The notes beneath the pieces are model-generated. The model searched no databases. It had not been told where the DNA came from and saw nothing but the letters and a program-made list of their open reading frames with translations. Both the position numbers and the translations under genes were made by a program. Of a stretch of 56,417 bases of DNA, positions 23,755-35,810 are shown piece after piece (position 1 is the stretch's first letter; the number at the start of each line of letters is the position of its first letter). Origin of the DNA: Neovahlkampfia damariscottae (lineage: Eukaryota); NCBI GenBank assembly GCA_016618085.1, contig JABLTG010000040.1, positions 62,001-118,417 of the forward strand, read 5' to 3'.

Positions 23755-24303
23755 TTATAGAACAGATTTTTTTTTTTTTAATTCTTCACAAATCCAGTCA
23801 AATCCTTCATATAATCCTTCACCAGTATGAGCACAACAATTTTGTATGAACCATTTTTGTTTGATATTCATTAATCCTAATTTTTCAGTGATTTCTGTTG
23901 AACTTCTTGCGTTCGGAAGATCTTGTTTATTTGCAAAAATCAAAACCAAAGCATCTTCCAATTCATCATTTTCTAATTCTTTGAGATTTTCTTTTGCTTC
24001 TTCAAATCTTTGATACTCATTTGAATCTACCACAATCACGACAACATTTGTTTCTGCATAATAATGCTTGGTCAATTGCCTAATTTTATCTCTTCCACCA
24101 ACATCCCACATAGTTATTTTAACGTTTTTCACTGTAACTGTTTCTACATTGAAACCAATTGTTGGAACAGTTGTAACATTTTCACCAAGAGCCATTTTAT
24201 ATAGAATGGTAGTTTTTCCAGCGGCATCAAGACCTATCATTAATATTTTACATTCTGGAAATTGAAACCAATATTTGTACCACGTTTGAAATAAGTTGCC
24301 CAT
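23755..24303 (-). CDS. ARF-family GTPase (switch II Gln replaced by Arg)
   Basis: MGN start, [38 protein letters not shown]. Confidence 0.92.
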   Translation of the reverse strand: MGNLFQTWYKYWFQFPECKILMIGLDAAGKTTILYKMALGENVTTVPTIGFNVETVTVKNVKITMWDVGGRDKIRQLTKHYYAETNVVVIVVDSNEYQRFEEAKENLKELENDELEDALVLIFANKQDLPNARSSTEITEKLGLMNIKQKWFIQNCCAHTGEGLYEGFDWICEELKKKKSVL

Positions 24304-24753
24304 TCTAAATTGTAAAACCAACCAATGAACATTGATTTAACACGTCAAATTCTAAAAATAAATATTTTGGACACGTATTGTTGTCCAATTAACACATCCC
24401 TCTATTTTTTACAATTAATATCTTCAGCATTTTCTTCAGATATTTTAAGCAACATTTTATATTCATCACAAAAACTGATATTGCCTTCGTCACTCAGTGG
24501 TGTCCCAAATTCCTCTTCTTCTTCAGGCATTGGAATTGAAAAATCGATTTTCTCCATAAAGTTGATTTTATTCTTTTCGTTATCAGAATCTGTTTTTTTT
24601 GTTAATTCTTTTTTGTGAATTTTTTCCTCCGTTTTTCTATGGATTAGATTAAATTTAATTACTGTGCCAAAATAATCGCTAGTTGTTCTGTGTTCATCTT
24701 CAAAAAAAACCAAACAACTCTAACCAATCAGATAAGATCAGATTAATAGACGA

Positions 24754-25685
24754 ATGGACAGTCAATATTTTGAGTTATTGAACGCTTCTACTGATAAGAA
24801 ATTCAACAATTTGAAAGAATGGTTCAAATACAAAGAAAGTATTGAAAAGAATACTTCTTCCTTTGAAACTGCGGTAATAAATATAATACCATTCATAAAT
24901 CACAGGTTGTTGATGGATTTAAATCAACAGTATTGTACATGGCTTTTTTAAATGGTTATGAAGCAGCTTGTAGTTTTATTTCAAAAAAAAATTTGACTTC
25001 ATTTTGTGCAACAGAAAAAACAAAAGGATCACCAATTGACAGCACCAAAACAACGATAAAAAAAATAAATGAAAACTATTCAATAATAGAAGGCGAAAAA
25101 AGTTTTGTTACTTTTGGAAAATTTTCAAAACATTTATTGGTCACTGTGAAAGATGAAAATGAAAAATTAAAATGTATTTTAATTGATTCCAATGTTTCTG
25201 GAATTTCATTTGATGAGCCTCAAAAAAAATTAAATTTTTTAAATGAAGTTCCTCATTCGAAGATAAAGTTCAATAATATAAAAATATCAAATTCATGCAT
25301 TTTAGAAGGAGATGGTTATTCAGATTATTATAAGAAATTTAGAACAATTGAAGATGTGCATGTGATTGGAAGTTTTTTAGGATATTTCTTAAGAGTTGGA
25401 CGTTTATCAAAATGGAATGAATTTCTCTTGATTAGGATTTTAAAATTGATATTATCCTTAAATGATTTACTTCAATTTGATTTATTGAATCCGATAACTC
25501 ATTTATTGTTGAATGAAATTCTACAAGAATTTGGTCAGATAGTTGAAATAATTCTCAGTTTAGATTTTTACAATGAAGAAGAAAAGAGATTATTTTTAAG
25601 AGATAAAAATATTTTTAAAGTTGCCAATGCTGTTAGAACAAAAAGAACTGAATCAGCCATGAATATTTTAAAAAGTAAAATTTGA
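24754..25685 (+). CDS. Short bacterial-type acyl-CoA dehydrogenase-family protein
   Basis: AFLNGYEAA, FCATE, GEKSFVT, LEGDGYSDYYKKFRTIEDVHV; intron 24874-24905. Confidence 0.75.
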
Positions 25686-25711
25686 ATAATAAATGCTGTA
25701 AATTTTTTATT

Positions 25712-26329
25712 TTAATTTTGCATTTGCGGATAAGAATCAACTACAGGTGCTCCTATAGGATAATCTTGTGGCATCGGAGTTACATCTTGAATTTGAGGAT
25801 ATGATTGTTGCATTTGGACAGGAGAAGGTTGTTGAACGATTGTTGGCGCTGTTTGTACAACTACCACAGTAGGTGCTACTTGATTTGCTTGCTTTTGACT
25901 TTCATAAAATTTTGTTTGTAAATCTAGTTCAATAACTTTATCAGCTTTGTTGCTCTTAATGCAAACATAAAGAAAAACAACACATAGAATTATTGTAATG
26001 ACTAAAACTACAACTGTAAATACTGTTCCTATTGAGCTTGTTACTATCATTACCACTGCATTAGATTTGTTAGCTTCAGCAGCAGCACTACCAGTAGCAT
26101 TTCCTGGTGAAGCAACAGCAGAAATTCCAACAATAAATAAAATTGGAAAACAACATGCACATGGGATCACGCAACAGCATAAAAAACATCCAGATATCCA
26201 AGATAAAAGATTGAACGCTTTTGTTTTCGATGAAGAATAAATAGGTGCTTTTGGTCCTGAAGGTCCATTGTTTCTATTGTTATTTTGCATAAGAAGTCCA
26301 CATAATAATCCGAGGAGTAACCAGTCCAT
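25712..26329 (-). CDS. Cys-rich two-TM membrane protein with P/Q-rich tail
   Basis: CFLCCCVIPCACCFP TM segment, a second TM and a low-complexity tail. Confidence 0.75.
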   Translation of the reverse strand: MDWLLLGLLCGLLMQNNNRNNGPSGPKAPIYSSSKTKAFNLLSWISGCFLCCCVIPCACCFPILFIVGISAVASPGNATGSAAAEANKSNAVVMIVTSSIGTVFTVVVLVITIILCVVFLYVCIKSNKADKVIELDLQTKFYESQKQANQVAPTVVVVQTAPTIVQQPSPVQMQQSYPQIQDVTPMPQDYPIGAPVVDSYPQMQN

Positions 26330-26497
26330 TTTGTACGTTTGCTATTTTGTAAAAGTTAGAATACAGCTGATTCCAACTCTTTTATTGGTGCAAAAAGAAA
26401 ATCTTTCACCAATGAAAAATTAATGGTTTTGCAATTTTGATTGGTGTTTGATTTTCTTTCAAACACCAATCAAAATCATTCTTTCTTCGAGTTTAGT

Positions 26498-27415
26498 TCA
26501 TAAAAAATAAAAGTTTAAATTGAATAGCTTCCTTTTGCAAAAGATAATTTGATGAATTCTTTGTTTGGAGCATTTATGAACAAATTTGTCAATAAAATCT
26601 TCTTCAGTCAATGACACTGTCAAAAATGAATGATTCAACAATTCATCAACAGTAGATCTATCCTGTGGGTTTTTTTGTAAACATTTTGAAATGAAGTCAT
26701 TAAATTCTGTTGACCAATCCGATTTACATTTTAATTCTGGAGGTTCTCGATGAGCAATAATAAACAATGCCCTCATTGGGTGCATATCACTCCTGGGTAT
26801 TTCTAGGTCTGCAAGAAGTAAGCATAATATACCAAGTCTCCATATCATTGATTTCTTTGTGGTTATTTGTTGTTCTGTTATTTTTTCAGGTGATAAAAAA
26901 TAATCAGAGAACATTGAATCTCTTCTTGGATGTAATATCTCCTCATGAAATAAAAATTTAATCTTATTTTCATGAAATTGGAATCTATCCGGATTTCTAA
27001 GAAAAAATAAAAAGTCTACTTCTTTTGTCAATTTTAAATAAAAATTAATAATAGTTCCAATTTCATTTTCTTCGAATTTATCTATCTTTAAAATTAATTC
27101 ATCCAAATTCATTATTCCTGCTTCATAAATGTATTTTATTTCCTGTTGTTTTTTGTTTTGGCATAAATAAATTAATTTCTCAAAGTTTTTGGATCTATTT
27201 TGTGGTAGAATAAATTCTTTTGCCTCTTCATATTGATACTCTTTGAAACAAATTACCCTTTTAAAATTTTCTGAATTATAATTTCCACTAATTCGTTTTG
27301 TCAACGGTATTTTGGTACCAAACATGAATTTGTCTTCTTCACAATAAAATGTATTTTCAGTGTAAGTTTCAAAACTACAGTTAATATCTACACTGTCACT
27401 GTCTGTTGAACTCAT
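26498..27415 (-). CDS. STE20-family-derived pseudokinase
   Basis: C-lobe HPMRALFII..PPEL...WSTEFNDFISKCLQKNP.DR..LLNHSF is intact; no GxGxxG, HRD or DFG. Confidence 0.75.
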   Translation of the reverse strand: MSSTDSDSVDINCSFETYTENTFYCEEDKFMFGTKIPLTKRISGNYNSENFKRVICFKEYQYEEAKEFILPQNRSKNFEKLIYLCQNKKQQEIKYIYEAGIMNLDELILKIDKFEENEIGTIINFYLKLTKEVDFLFFLRNPDRFQFHENKIKFLFHEEILHPRRDSMFSDYFLSPEKITEQQITTKKSMIWRLGILCLLLADLEIPRSDMHPMRALFIIAHREPPELKCKSDWSTEFNDFISKCLQKNPQDRSTVDELLNHSFLTVSLTEEDFIDKFVHKCSKQRIHQIIFCKRKLFNLNFYFL

Positions 27416-27464
27416 CTGATAAAGAGGGTGTGAATGAAAGCTACCAATCAGAATAGTTCCATAA

Positions 27465-28234
27465 ATGAATCTTGAATCACAACTCGAGGAGGTTAAAATT
27501 ATGAAAAATTAAATTGAACTTAGATTGAAGTACTTGAAAGCATATTTTTTGGTGAAGGTGAATTTCTGATACTCTCTCCTGATTTTCAAGAAATAAAAAA
27601 GAAAAAAAAAGTTTCGGAAATATCTTTTCAAATAAAATTAATACCAGAAGAAATATCAATCTCATTCACATATCCATTAAAATATCCAAATGATGTATTA
27701 AAATTTTCAATAAATTCCACCAAATTTTCATCAAAAGAAATTGAAGAATTGACTAATGGTTGCACAGAATTTTTGCATGAAAGATCAGGAGAAGAATCTG
27801 TGTTCGACTTGATTGAATTTATAAAAGAAAATAAACCAGAAGAAATAAAAAAAATTGAATTGATTGAAGAAGAAATTGAGAATCCAACAAAAGTATTGAT
27901 TGGTGTTCATTTTCATCATATTTATGCAGATGGAAAAAAAAGAGAAATTCAAAATGGAAAATCTGTTTTTAAATTAAAAGGAATATATAAATTTGGTAAA
28001 CCAGGAAGATTACTTGTTTATGGAAATCAAAATATTGTCAATCAATTCATCATGAGATTGAAAAGTTTGAATTGGCAAGAAATAAAAGTAAAATTTGAAT
28101 ATGAAATTGATTTAGATGATAAATTAACAGAATATATTGGTGTCAATAATGACAATGAATTTTTAGAAATATTGAAAGACAAGAACATTGAAAATTATTT
28201 CTTTGAAATGATTGGGTTAAATAAAAAGCTATGA
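27465..28234 (+). CDS. RWD-domain protein, RWDD2-like
   Basis: Spliced N-terminus QLEEIEVLESIF, YPLKYP, HHIY...GKPG...LKSLNW. Confidence 0.8.
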
Positions 28235-28244
28235 ACATTGAAGT

Positions 28245-29578
28245 TTATTCAATTTCTTTGTAGGCCATTGAATTTCTCAATCTTATCACATAAAAGACAA
28301 TTCCTAAACCAATTAAAACAGCAAGAATTAAAATGACATTCAAAATAGTTGAGAAAATACCATAGGACAAAAGTGATATGAAAATTAAATTTGAATGATC
28401 ATCTGCTTCCAACCATTTGGAACAAAATTCATTTTCTTTGTTAACTTTTAAAGGATAGAAACTATTCAACATCATTGAAAATAGACATCCAAATTCATCC
28501 CATGCTCTATCATATTCACTGTTATTGAAATAAGGTTTTGCTGTATCTGTCATGTGTGTAAAAACTATATTCCATTGTGGAATTACAAAAATTGTTTGAC
28601 AACCATCACCAAGTGCCGAATAAATTCCCAAAGGTAAATTATGTGAATATTGTTCCAACCATTTGTTGTCTGTCCAGAACATGAAATCAAAATTCTTGTG
28701 TTCATAAGATGAAATTCTTTGGACCCATTTTTCAGAAATGATTTGATTCCCATTCCAATTTCCATTATTTAACATTAGTAATCCGAATTTTGCTAAATCT
28801 CTGGCTGATATCAGGAATAAATAGGCTTTATGCTTTGATTTGTCACCATAAACATAAAAACCATCACCATCCGCAGTAAATGGTGGATATTTATCTTCTT
28901 TAGTTTCCATTAAACTTGTTATTTCTTTTCCCTTGAAATCAGTCATTCCAATTTTTTTGGCAACATTGTTGAAAAAGTAATTGTAAATTGTATCATTGGA
29001 TACTTGTTCAAAAATCGAACCCAAAGTATTATAGTCCCAATTATTATATAGAAAGTATTCACCAGGTTTTTTTGAATCTCTTTGTGGTTTTTTAGGTAGA
29101 GACATTTCATAAATCGCGTCCTATAAATAATTTAAAAATGGAATTGAATTCTTACATGATATACTCCAGAAGTAGATCTCAACAAGTATTCAATAGTTGT
29201 ACTTTTTTCTAATTCACTTAATTTTGGTTCATAATCATCAATTTTTAAATCTTTTAAAGTTTGTTCTAATTTCAATTTTCCTTTATCAATTTCCATTGAT
29301 AAAATGGAACTTAGAAGACTTTTTCGAACACTTTTTGAAATGAATTTTTTGTTTGTTTTTCCATGTTCAAATATTATTTTTCCATCTTGAATTATCATCA
29401 TGGATTCAGTTTTTGTTAAAAGTTTGAATTCTTTTAATTTATTTAATTTTTCTATATTCCATCCTTTTTTTTCAATTTCTTGGTCAGTGTATTTTTCCCA
29501 TTTTTCACCATCTGGAAAATATTTTGCATTTGTTTGTATCACAAGTACACTAACCAACAAAATCAAAAAAAACTTCAT
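28245..29578 (-). CDS. Beta-lactamase/AmpC-like serine hydrolase with signal peptide and C-terminal TM anchor
   Basis: SVRK (SxxK), SGVYH, PG..F.YNNWDYN (YxN), SARDLAKFGLL.LNNG.W.G.QII; intron 29121-29155. Confidence 0.88.
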
Positions 29579-29630
29579 CAATTTGACCAATAGGACTCAA
29601 GTAGCTCCATACAAGTCATCTGAAGAATAA

Positions 29631-30707
29631 ATGAAAATATCAGTTGAAACTGAAGACCCTGATTTGCCTGCAAGAGCTGGTCATACCATGTATTGTTATG
29701 ACGATTCCTTATTTTTATTTTTTGGTTACGATTTTGCACTAGACGGTCCAACAAATTCCATACACCGACAAAAAAATGGAAAATGGTCAAAATTAAAAAC
29801 AAGAGGAATTAAACCTTCAGAAAGTTATGGCCATACAATGTGCGAAAAATCATATGGAAAATTAATTTTTTATGGAGGTTCTTTATTGTACACTACTAAA
29901 TAGTTAGGTATTAACCAAGAAAGTTATATCAACAAAATAACAGAATTTGATTGTCAAAATATGATGTGGAAGAATATTGAAAGCAAAAATTTAAGTTTTC
30001 ATGAAAAAGGGATTTATGAGCATTCAGCTGTTTTGAAGAATGATAAAATGTATATTTATGGAGGATATCCTTTGAGCATGAATTGTATCTATGAATTTAA
30101 TTTTTCCAGTTTTGAATGGAACATAATCGAAGAATCAAAAACGAATCCACCTCAAGCAATCATTGGCAGTTCAATGATTTACTTTGAAAATTCATTAATA
30201 GTTTTTGGTGGAAAAATGGCGGATTCTCGTCAAACTAATGAGCTATTTGATTTCAATTTAAAAAAAAAGAAATGGAAATGCATCAAAACGACTCATTCAC
30301 CCTCACCAAGAAAATATCATCGATCTTTTTTATATCAAAACTGTATGTTGATATTTGGTGGATCTGATTCAAAAGGGAACTATTGTAATGAATTATACCG
30401 TTTAAATCTGATAAATAATTTTTGGGAATTATTATCTAGAGATTTGACATCAAGATCTTATCATTCAATTTGTCAAAAATCTCCAACAAAATTCCATATT
30501 TCAGGTGGAGAAAATAGCACCAGTTATACATTGGAAGACTTTATTTCCATTGAATTTCATGATGAAACTACAATTTTTAATCAAAAAAAAAAAATATTTT
30601 CTTTTGAGTTATTATATAAATTTGTTGATTGTCAATTTGAATTTAGTAATCAAATGAAAAGAAAATATAAAGAAATAGATTCATCTAAAAAAAAAAAAAA
30701 ATTTTGA
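29631..30707 (+). CDS. Kelch-repeat protein
   Basis: PARAGHT, YGHT, EHSA..IYGG, VFGG, PSPRKYH..IFGG, RSYHS; intron about 29878-29907. Confidence 0.9.
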
Positions 30708-30719
30708 AAACAGATTTTA

Positions 30720-31506
30720 TTAAATTTCAAATGCCATTCCAATGAAATCTTTCAAATTTTTCCATAAATTTTGTTTTGCTCTTTGTGGTAAATTTAAAAT
30801 GATTAAAAATGCAAATAATATTAAAACACCTATTAAAGTTTCCCATCTCAAAAATTTCTTTGAAAATTGTTTCAAAGTTGATAAGATTTCTAAAATTTTT
30901 GATTTTTTTTCCATTTCTAATTTTTTTGGTGTTTCTTTTACATTTCCAATAAATTCATTGAATACTTTTGTCAAATTTGGTTTTTGTTTTTTTTTTTCTT
31001 CTTCTTTTACAAATTTTTGTTTTTTTTTTAATATTGTTTTTAATTCTGTTTGAACCAATTGATCCATTTCAACAGATTGTTTTTTTAAATCATCCATTTG
31101 TTTTTCAGCTTCTTCAAATTCGTTTAAATAAATTAACATCTGTATTCTATATTTTAATAAGTCAGTATTTTCTTTAAAGTTACAATAAAATTGAAAGTTT
31201 TGGAGGTATGAATTTATTTTTTGGATAATAAGTTGTGAATAAAATTTTAGCATCATCAATCTGTTTTAATTCATATAAACTTTGAAATATCAATGACAAA
31301 CAAATAGATTCAATTTCTAAATCTTCTTGTGTTAATTTTTCATCTTTAACTTTTTTAAAATTCGATAATGATTGTAATACATTTTCTTTTAAATTTTTTG
31401 GTTGAACATTATTAATGTTACAAAGTGTTTTGTATGAGTATTGAATAGTTGACTCAAAATTTCTTTGAAGGAATTGTGTTTCTGCTTGTTTTATGTTTTG
31501 GTACAT
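30720..31506 (-). CDS. Tail-anchored helical protein, possible PEX26/APEM9-type peroxin
   Basis: AETQFLQRNF, ESICLSLIFQSLYEL, IPP, C-terminal TM followed by LWKNLKDFIGMAF; resemblance judged by eye. Confidence 0.5.
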
Positions 31507-31530
31507 TTTAATTGGACAATTACTCAAACA

Positions 31531-32501
31531 ATGGAAGAGGAGGAAGAAGACACTTTTATTCCACCACAAATTTTTAATGCATTTGAGATTATAGATCGAA
31601 CATCAAGACAAAAACATCGAATATTATCACTTCCACAGTCACATTTGAATGATAAATTCTTAAATTTATTGATTGATGAAACTTTATCTTCAAATTTAGA
31701 AACACTTTGTTCATTCATTTGGGAAATTAATTTAAAATCAAATCAACTCGTAAATTTTCCAATTTGTACAAAATAAAAAAATTAACATCTCTAAAAGACT
31801 TGAATAAAATAACACGTTTGGAAAGATTGAATTTAGAAGGAAATTATGTTAAAGAAATACCTATAAATGAATCCATTTACTCATTAAAATCACTAAATTT
31901 GAATAATAATCGAATACAATATTTACCTTTGGATTTTAAATTTTGGAGTAATTTACGTACTTTAGATTTAAAATCAAATCAAATCTTGTTAATACCAAAA
32001 TCAATTGAAAAATTAGAAAATCTAATAAGATTAGATTTATCTGGGAATTTAATAAAAGAAGTTCCAAAAGAGCTTGGGAAGCTTGAAAATTTAAAGGAAT
32101 TATTTTTAGATGAAAATAAAATATCTTATTTACCTTTTGAATTAATAAAGTTGAAGAATTTAATAAAATTGGGATTGAATGATAATCTCTGGGATTCTCC
32201 AAATAATGATGAATCATTCAAGAAATTCTTTGTCAAAAAGAAAATTTCATTAAAGGAAAATTGTTTAAGAAAAATTTTGAATGAAGAAATTTCCATTGAT
32301 AATTTTTGGTTACCATTAGATTTAAAGAGTAGTCTAAGTAATTTTAAAACATGTACAATTTGTAAAAAGAAATATTTTGAATGTGCAATTCAAGGAGTGG
32401 CTGTTGGATCAAGAATATTCAAATCTCAAAAAATTGAAGTTCCAATTTTTTTTTCTGTTTGTTCTGAAGAATGTGGAAAAAATGTTGGAATAAATTTTTG
32501 A
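31531..32501 (+). CDS. LRR protein with C-terminal BC-box/cullin-box-like and Cys motif (LRRC58/LRR1-like)
   Basis: 23-residue LRRs; SLKENCLRKI..LPLDL..CTICKK..VCSEEC; intron 31766-31797. Confidence 0.8.
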
Positions 32502-32544
32502 AACAAATGATTGATTTGATTGGATAATTATTTTTAATTGAATA

Positions 32545-35009
32545 ATGAAAAGGACAAAACAGTTTGACACAGAAGTGAATCAAGTCATCAAACTCATTCA
32601 TGGTTTAATTTCTCCAAATAATTCCACTAGAACACAAGCAGAAAGAGTTTTTTTTATGTTTTTTTTTACTTTTTCTTCAGAGCATTCAACAATTTGAACT
32701 GACTGATAGAAATTTCTTGTTTAAATATTTCCAAGCATATTCAGTTGCAAATCATAATGAATGTACGTATCTCGGTCTTTTGTTAAAGAACAAATTTTTG
32801 GCAAATTATAATTTCATGTTTGGCAAAGAACAAGAAGAAATTTTTGTAAATTCACTTCTCGAAGACATAAAAAATGAAGCAAAATCAAAGTTATCATTGA
32901 ATTTACTTGCAATTTACATGTCCAAGAATAACCATTTATTGTTATTCCTTCAACAGCGTTGCGAAAAAATACTTCTGGAAAAAGATGAACTGTCTCCTAT
33001 TTTTCAGATTTTAAACTTTTATTTTGAATTAAATACAGGATTTCCAGATAAAAATGTTCGTCAATTTTTTTTCAAATTGTTGTTGGAAAATTTGAAAAGT
33101 TCAGAATTGGATAGAAGTGTTGCTCTCTGCTTTTCAACTTTAATTCCTGTATATACTGATGAATTTAAAGATGAATTGGAAGTTTTCTTATTCAATGATT
33201 CAAATTTAAATGAAAAAGAAACATTGGACTTGTTATTAGTTTTCAAAGAATACAATCCAGTTTCAAAAGAACAATTTGGAAAAATTTTCGAAAAATTAGT
33301 TAAAAATCATGAAGAATCTGAAGAAGAAGAAGTCAAAATGGGTGTTTTAGAATTTTTCTTGGCAATACAAGAATCATCTGGAATTTCAGAAATCCAAATT
33401 TTTGATGAAAAAATGTTGGAAAGGTAACTTGAATAATTCATTTAATGATCCAGGTTAATTCCAATTTTATTTGAAAATGTGATTCTATTGGACTATGATG
33501 AGTCAGATGAACAAGATTGGAATATCAGAAGACAATCATGTCTTCTTTTAGACGAATTTGCGTTGATTTTTGAAAATCAAATCAATAAATCACTCATTCC
33601 ATTGATAGAAGAAGGTTTAAAATCAAAAGATTATTTGGATGTTGAAAGATCTATTTTATTGGCTGGAATTTTATTCAAAAAACAAAAGAGATTTCACCCT
33701 GAATTATTTTCAAATATTTTTGAATTTATCAACTCTAAAGAGGTGAGTTTGTCAAATGAATACTAATTTTTAAAATAGGATAAAATTTTGAGAATATTAT
33801 GTTGGTCATTTTCCACTTCAATCAAACATTTGATAGCTCAAAATATGCACCAAAAAATGAAAGTCATTTTGGATTTTTATTTTGAATGCATGAAATCGAG
33901 TGACTTTAAATTATTCAAATCAGGAAATAGTGCAATTTGCGAATTTTGTGATGACTTGTCTTCTGTTCCAGTTTTTACAAAATTTGATATGACATCAATA
34001 TTCAACTTTTTAGTTCAAAAATATCAACAGGAATATTACTATAATGAAGAAATTCAACTTCATCTGATGGATACAGTCGATTGTATTTGTGAATATGGTG
34101 AATTTGAACAAAATTCTGAATCTGTCCACTCATTAGCAAAAGAATTATTAGAATCAGTTAAAGAACAACCAATTGAAACTAATATTAATGCATTTGCTTC
34201 AATGTTATCATTACCAGATTTCTTTTATTATCCATACTTGAAACAGATATTTGACACAACATACAACATCATTACTGATCAAATTTCAATTGGAAATTTA
34301 GTGAATGTTCCTTATATCTTAGGAATTCATTTGAATATGTTCATAAAGTATGAAAGATTAGTTGAAAATTTAATTACTCCAAATTATTTGGAGATAATAT
34401 ATAGTTTTCATTCAAGAAGTAATACCAGAGAAACAAGATTAATTTCAAACGCACTACTGTGTGAAATATTTTCATACAAATCTCTTTCATCTAAAAATTT
34501 TGTTGATAAATTGATATTATCATTTTCTGACAAATTTATTGAAGATCAATATGAAATGTAAGAAATAATTCTTTTTAAATTTGATTAGATTTTTATATTT
34601 GAATGTAGCCTATTTGTTTAATTTGTCATTTTTGAAGAATTCTTACTCGAAAATTTATGAGTTTCTCAAAAAAAAAAAATTTGAATTTTTAAGTTATCTT
34701 CCATTTTTGGTAAAACTTGATTTTGAAAATATGGACAAGAAATATCATGAATATGCACAGTATTGGTATAATTTTATTGTTGATAAAAAAAATCATAAAC
34801 AATATACAAATGATGAAATTGAATTTTTGATCAACACATTTTCAGAAATCGTTGTAACAAATGTTTCATATTCCAATGAAAATATATTCAAAATGAATAT
34901 TGTTGGTGTCAAAGATGCATTGGAAGTTAGATTGGTTTTAGATGGAAAATACTTCAGATTATCCCCAAATAATCAATTCCTGCAAGATTTAAATTTTAAG
35001 TTCAAATAA
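32545..35009 (+). CDS. Divergent transportin/importin-beta-like HEAT-repeat protein (about 4 introns)
   Basis: LISPNNSTRTQAE N-terminus; DWNIRRQSCLLLDEFALIF...IPLIEEGL...ERSILLAG matches the transportin WNLRKxSA repeat. Confidence 0.65.
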
Positions 35010-35094
35010 AAATAATTCTGAAGTCACAAAATATCTTTTTTTAAGAAAAGCAACTGAATCAACTTGAAATAGGTCAAAAAATTGGGGAAAAATT

Positions 35095-35167
35095 AGGCTG
35101 TTATGAGAATCGAACTCATGACCCTTAGTTTACAAGACTAATGCTCTGCCAACTGAGCTAAACAGCC
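35095..35167 (-). tRNA. tRNA-Thr(TGT), identical to 11249-11321
   Basis: Exact reverse complement of copy 1. Confidence 0.96.
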
Positions 35168-35185
35168 CTCGTTGCAACCTTAATT

Positions 35186-35209
35186 AACATGTAGGTATTT
35201 ATTGAAAAT
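35186..35209 (-). promoter_or_regulatory. Conserved 24-bp element at -42..-19 of tRNA-Thr (copy 2)
   Basis: AACATGTAGGTATTTATTGAAAAT is the reverse complement of 11207-11230. Confidence 0.55.
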
Positions 35210-35217
35210 CTTTATTT

Positions 35218-35790
35218 TCACAACAAAATTACTTCTTCGTCACCCTTTACCACTTCCAGTTTGGGATGCAAAGTCCAGAATTTTTTTTGCGTGATTTGGA
35301 ACTGCACTGATAATTTTTCTTTTTTGAAAATGGATCCATTTTCTTGGTCTATTTCTGCCATGATTTCATTGTACCTTTTCTTGAGAAATCTTTGTTGTAA
35401 AGTGATGCCACCATAAATTACAATGAATACAAATGCTCCATCAACCACAACTGCTGAAAGAATTGAAACCAAAACAATTGTAAAAACTTGGTGAAAAAAA
35501 AATATTGAAAGCATCAATGACAACAATATAATAATCTGGTAGAGAAACAAAAATACAACAATGAAAAAAAACGAGTTTTTTCTGCAAGAATGCAAATACT
35601 TTTCTTGAGTTGAGATGTATTCAATCATTGATTTTAAAGACTCCAAGCATTCCATCTCAAATAGATGCGATTCGTATTCTGTATTGATAAAATAATCGTT
35701 TGTCCAGTGAAAAAGAAACTTCTTCATCACTTCAACTTGGGAAAGGAGAAAAAATGATTGGTCAAGTTTCCAAAAGGATAAATTAGACAT
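35218..35790 (-). CDS. Hypothetical two-TM membrane protein
   Basis: ORF with a hydrophobic hairpin; start uncertain. Confidence 0.6.
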   Translation of the reverse strand: MSNLSFWKLDQSFFLLSQVEVMKKFLFHWTNDYFINTEYESHLFEMECLESLKSMIEYISTQEKYLHSCRKNSFFFIVVFLFLYQIIILLSLMLSIFFFHQVFTIVLVSILSAVVVDGAFVFIVIYGGITLQQRFLKKRYNEIMAEIDQENGSIFKKEKLSVQFQITQKKFWTLHPKLEVVKGDEEVILL

Positions 35791-35810
35791 TCCAACAAAA
35801 AATTTAATGT

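Noticed and set aside
24402..24713. 103-aa acidic ORF on the minus strand
   Set aside because: It has a non-ATG start, no motif and unclear exon structure; it may be a small real gene but cannot be supported.
3233..29578. Bacterial contamination for the GAPDH, ACAD-like and beta-lactamase-like genes
   Set aside because: Each has spliceosomal introns, host composition and a CCAAT-type leader.
11249..35167. Inverted identical tRNA-Thr pair as ends of a composite mobile element
   Set aside because: The enclosed genes are ordinary host genes; there is no recombinase or target duplication.
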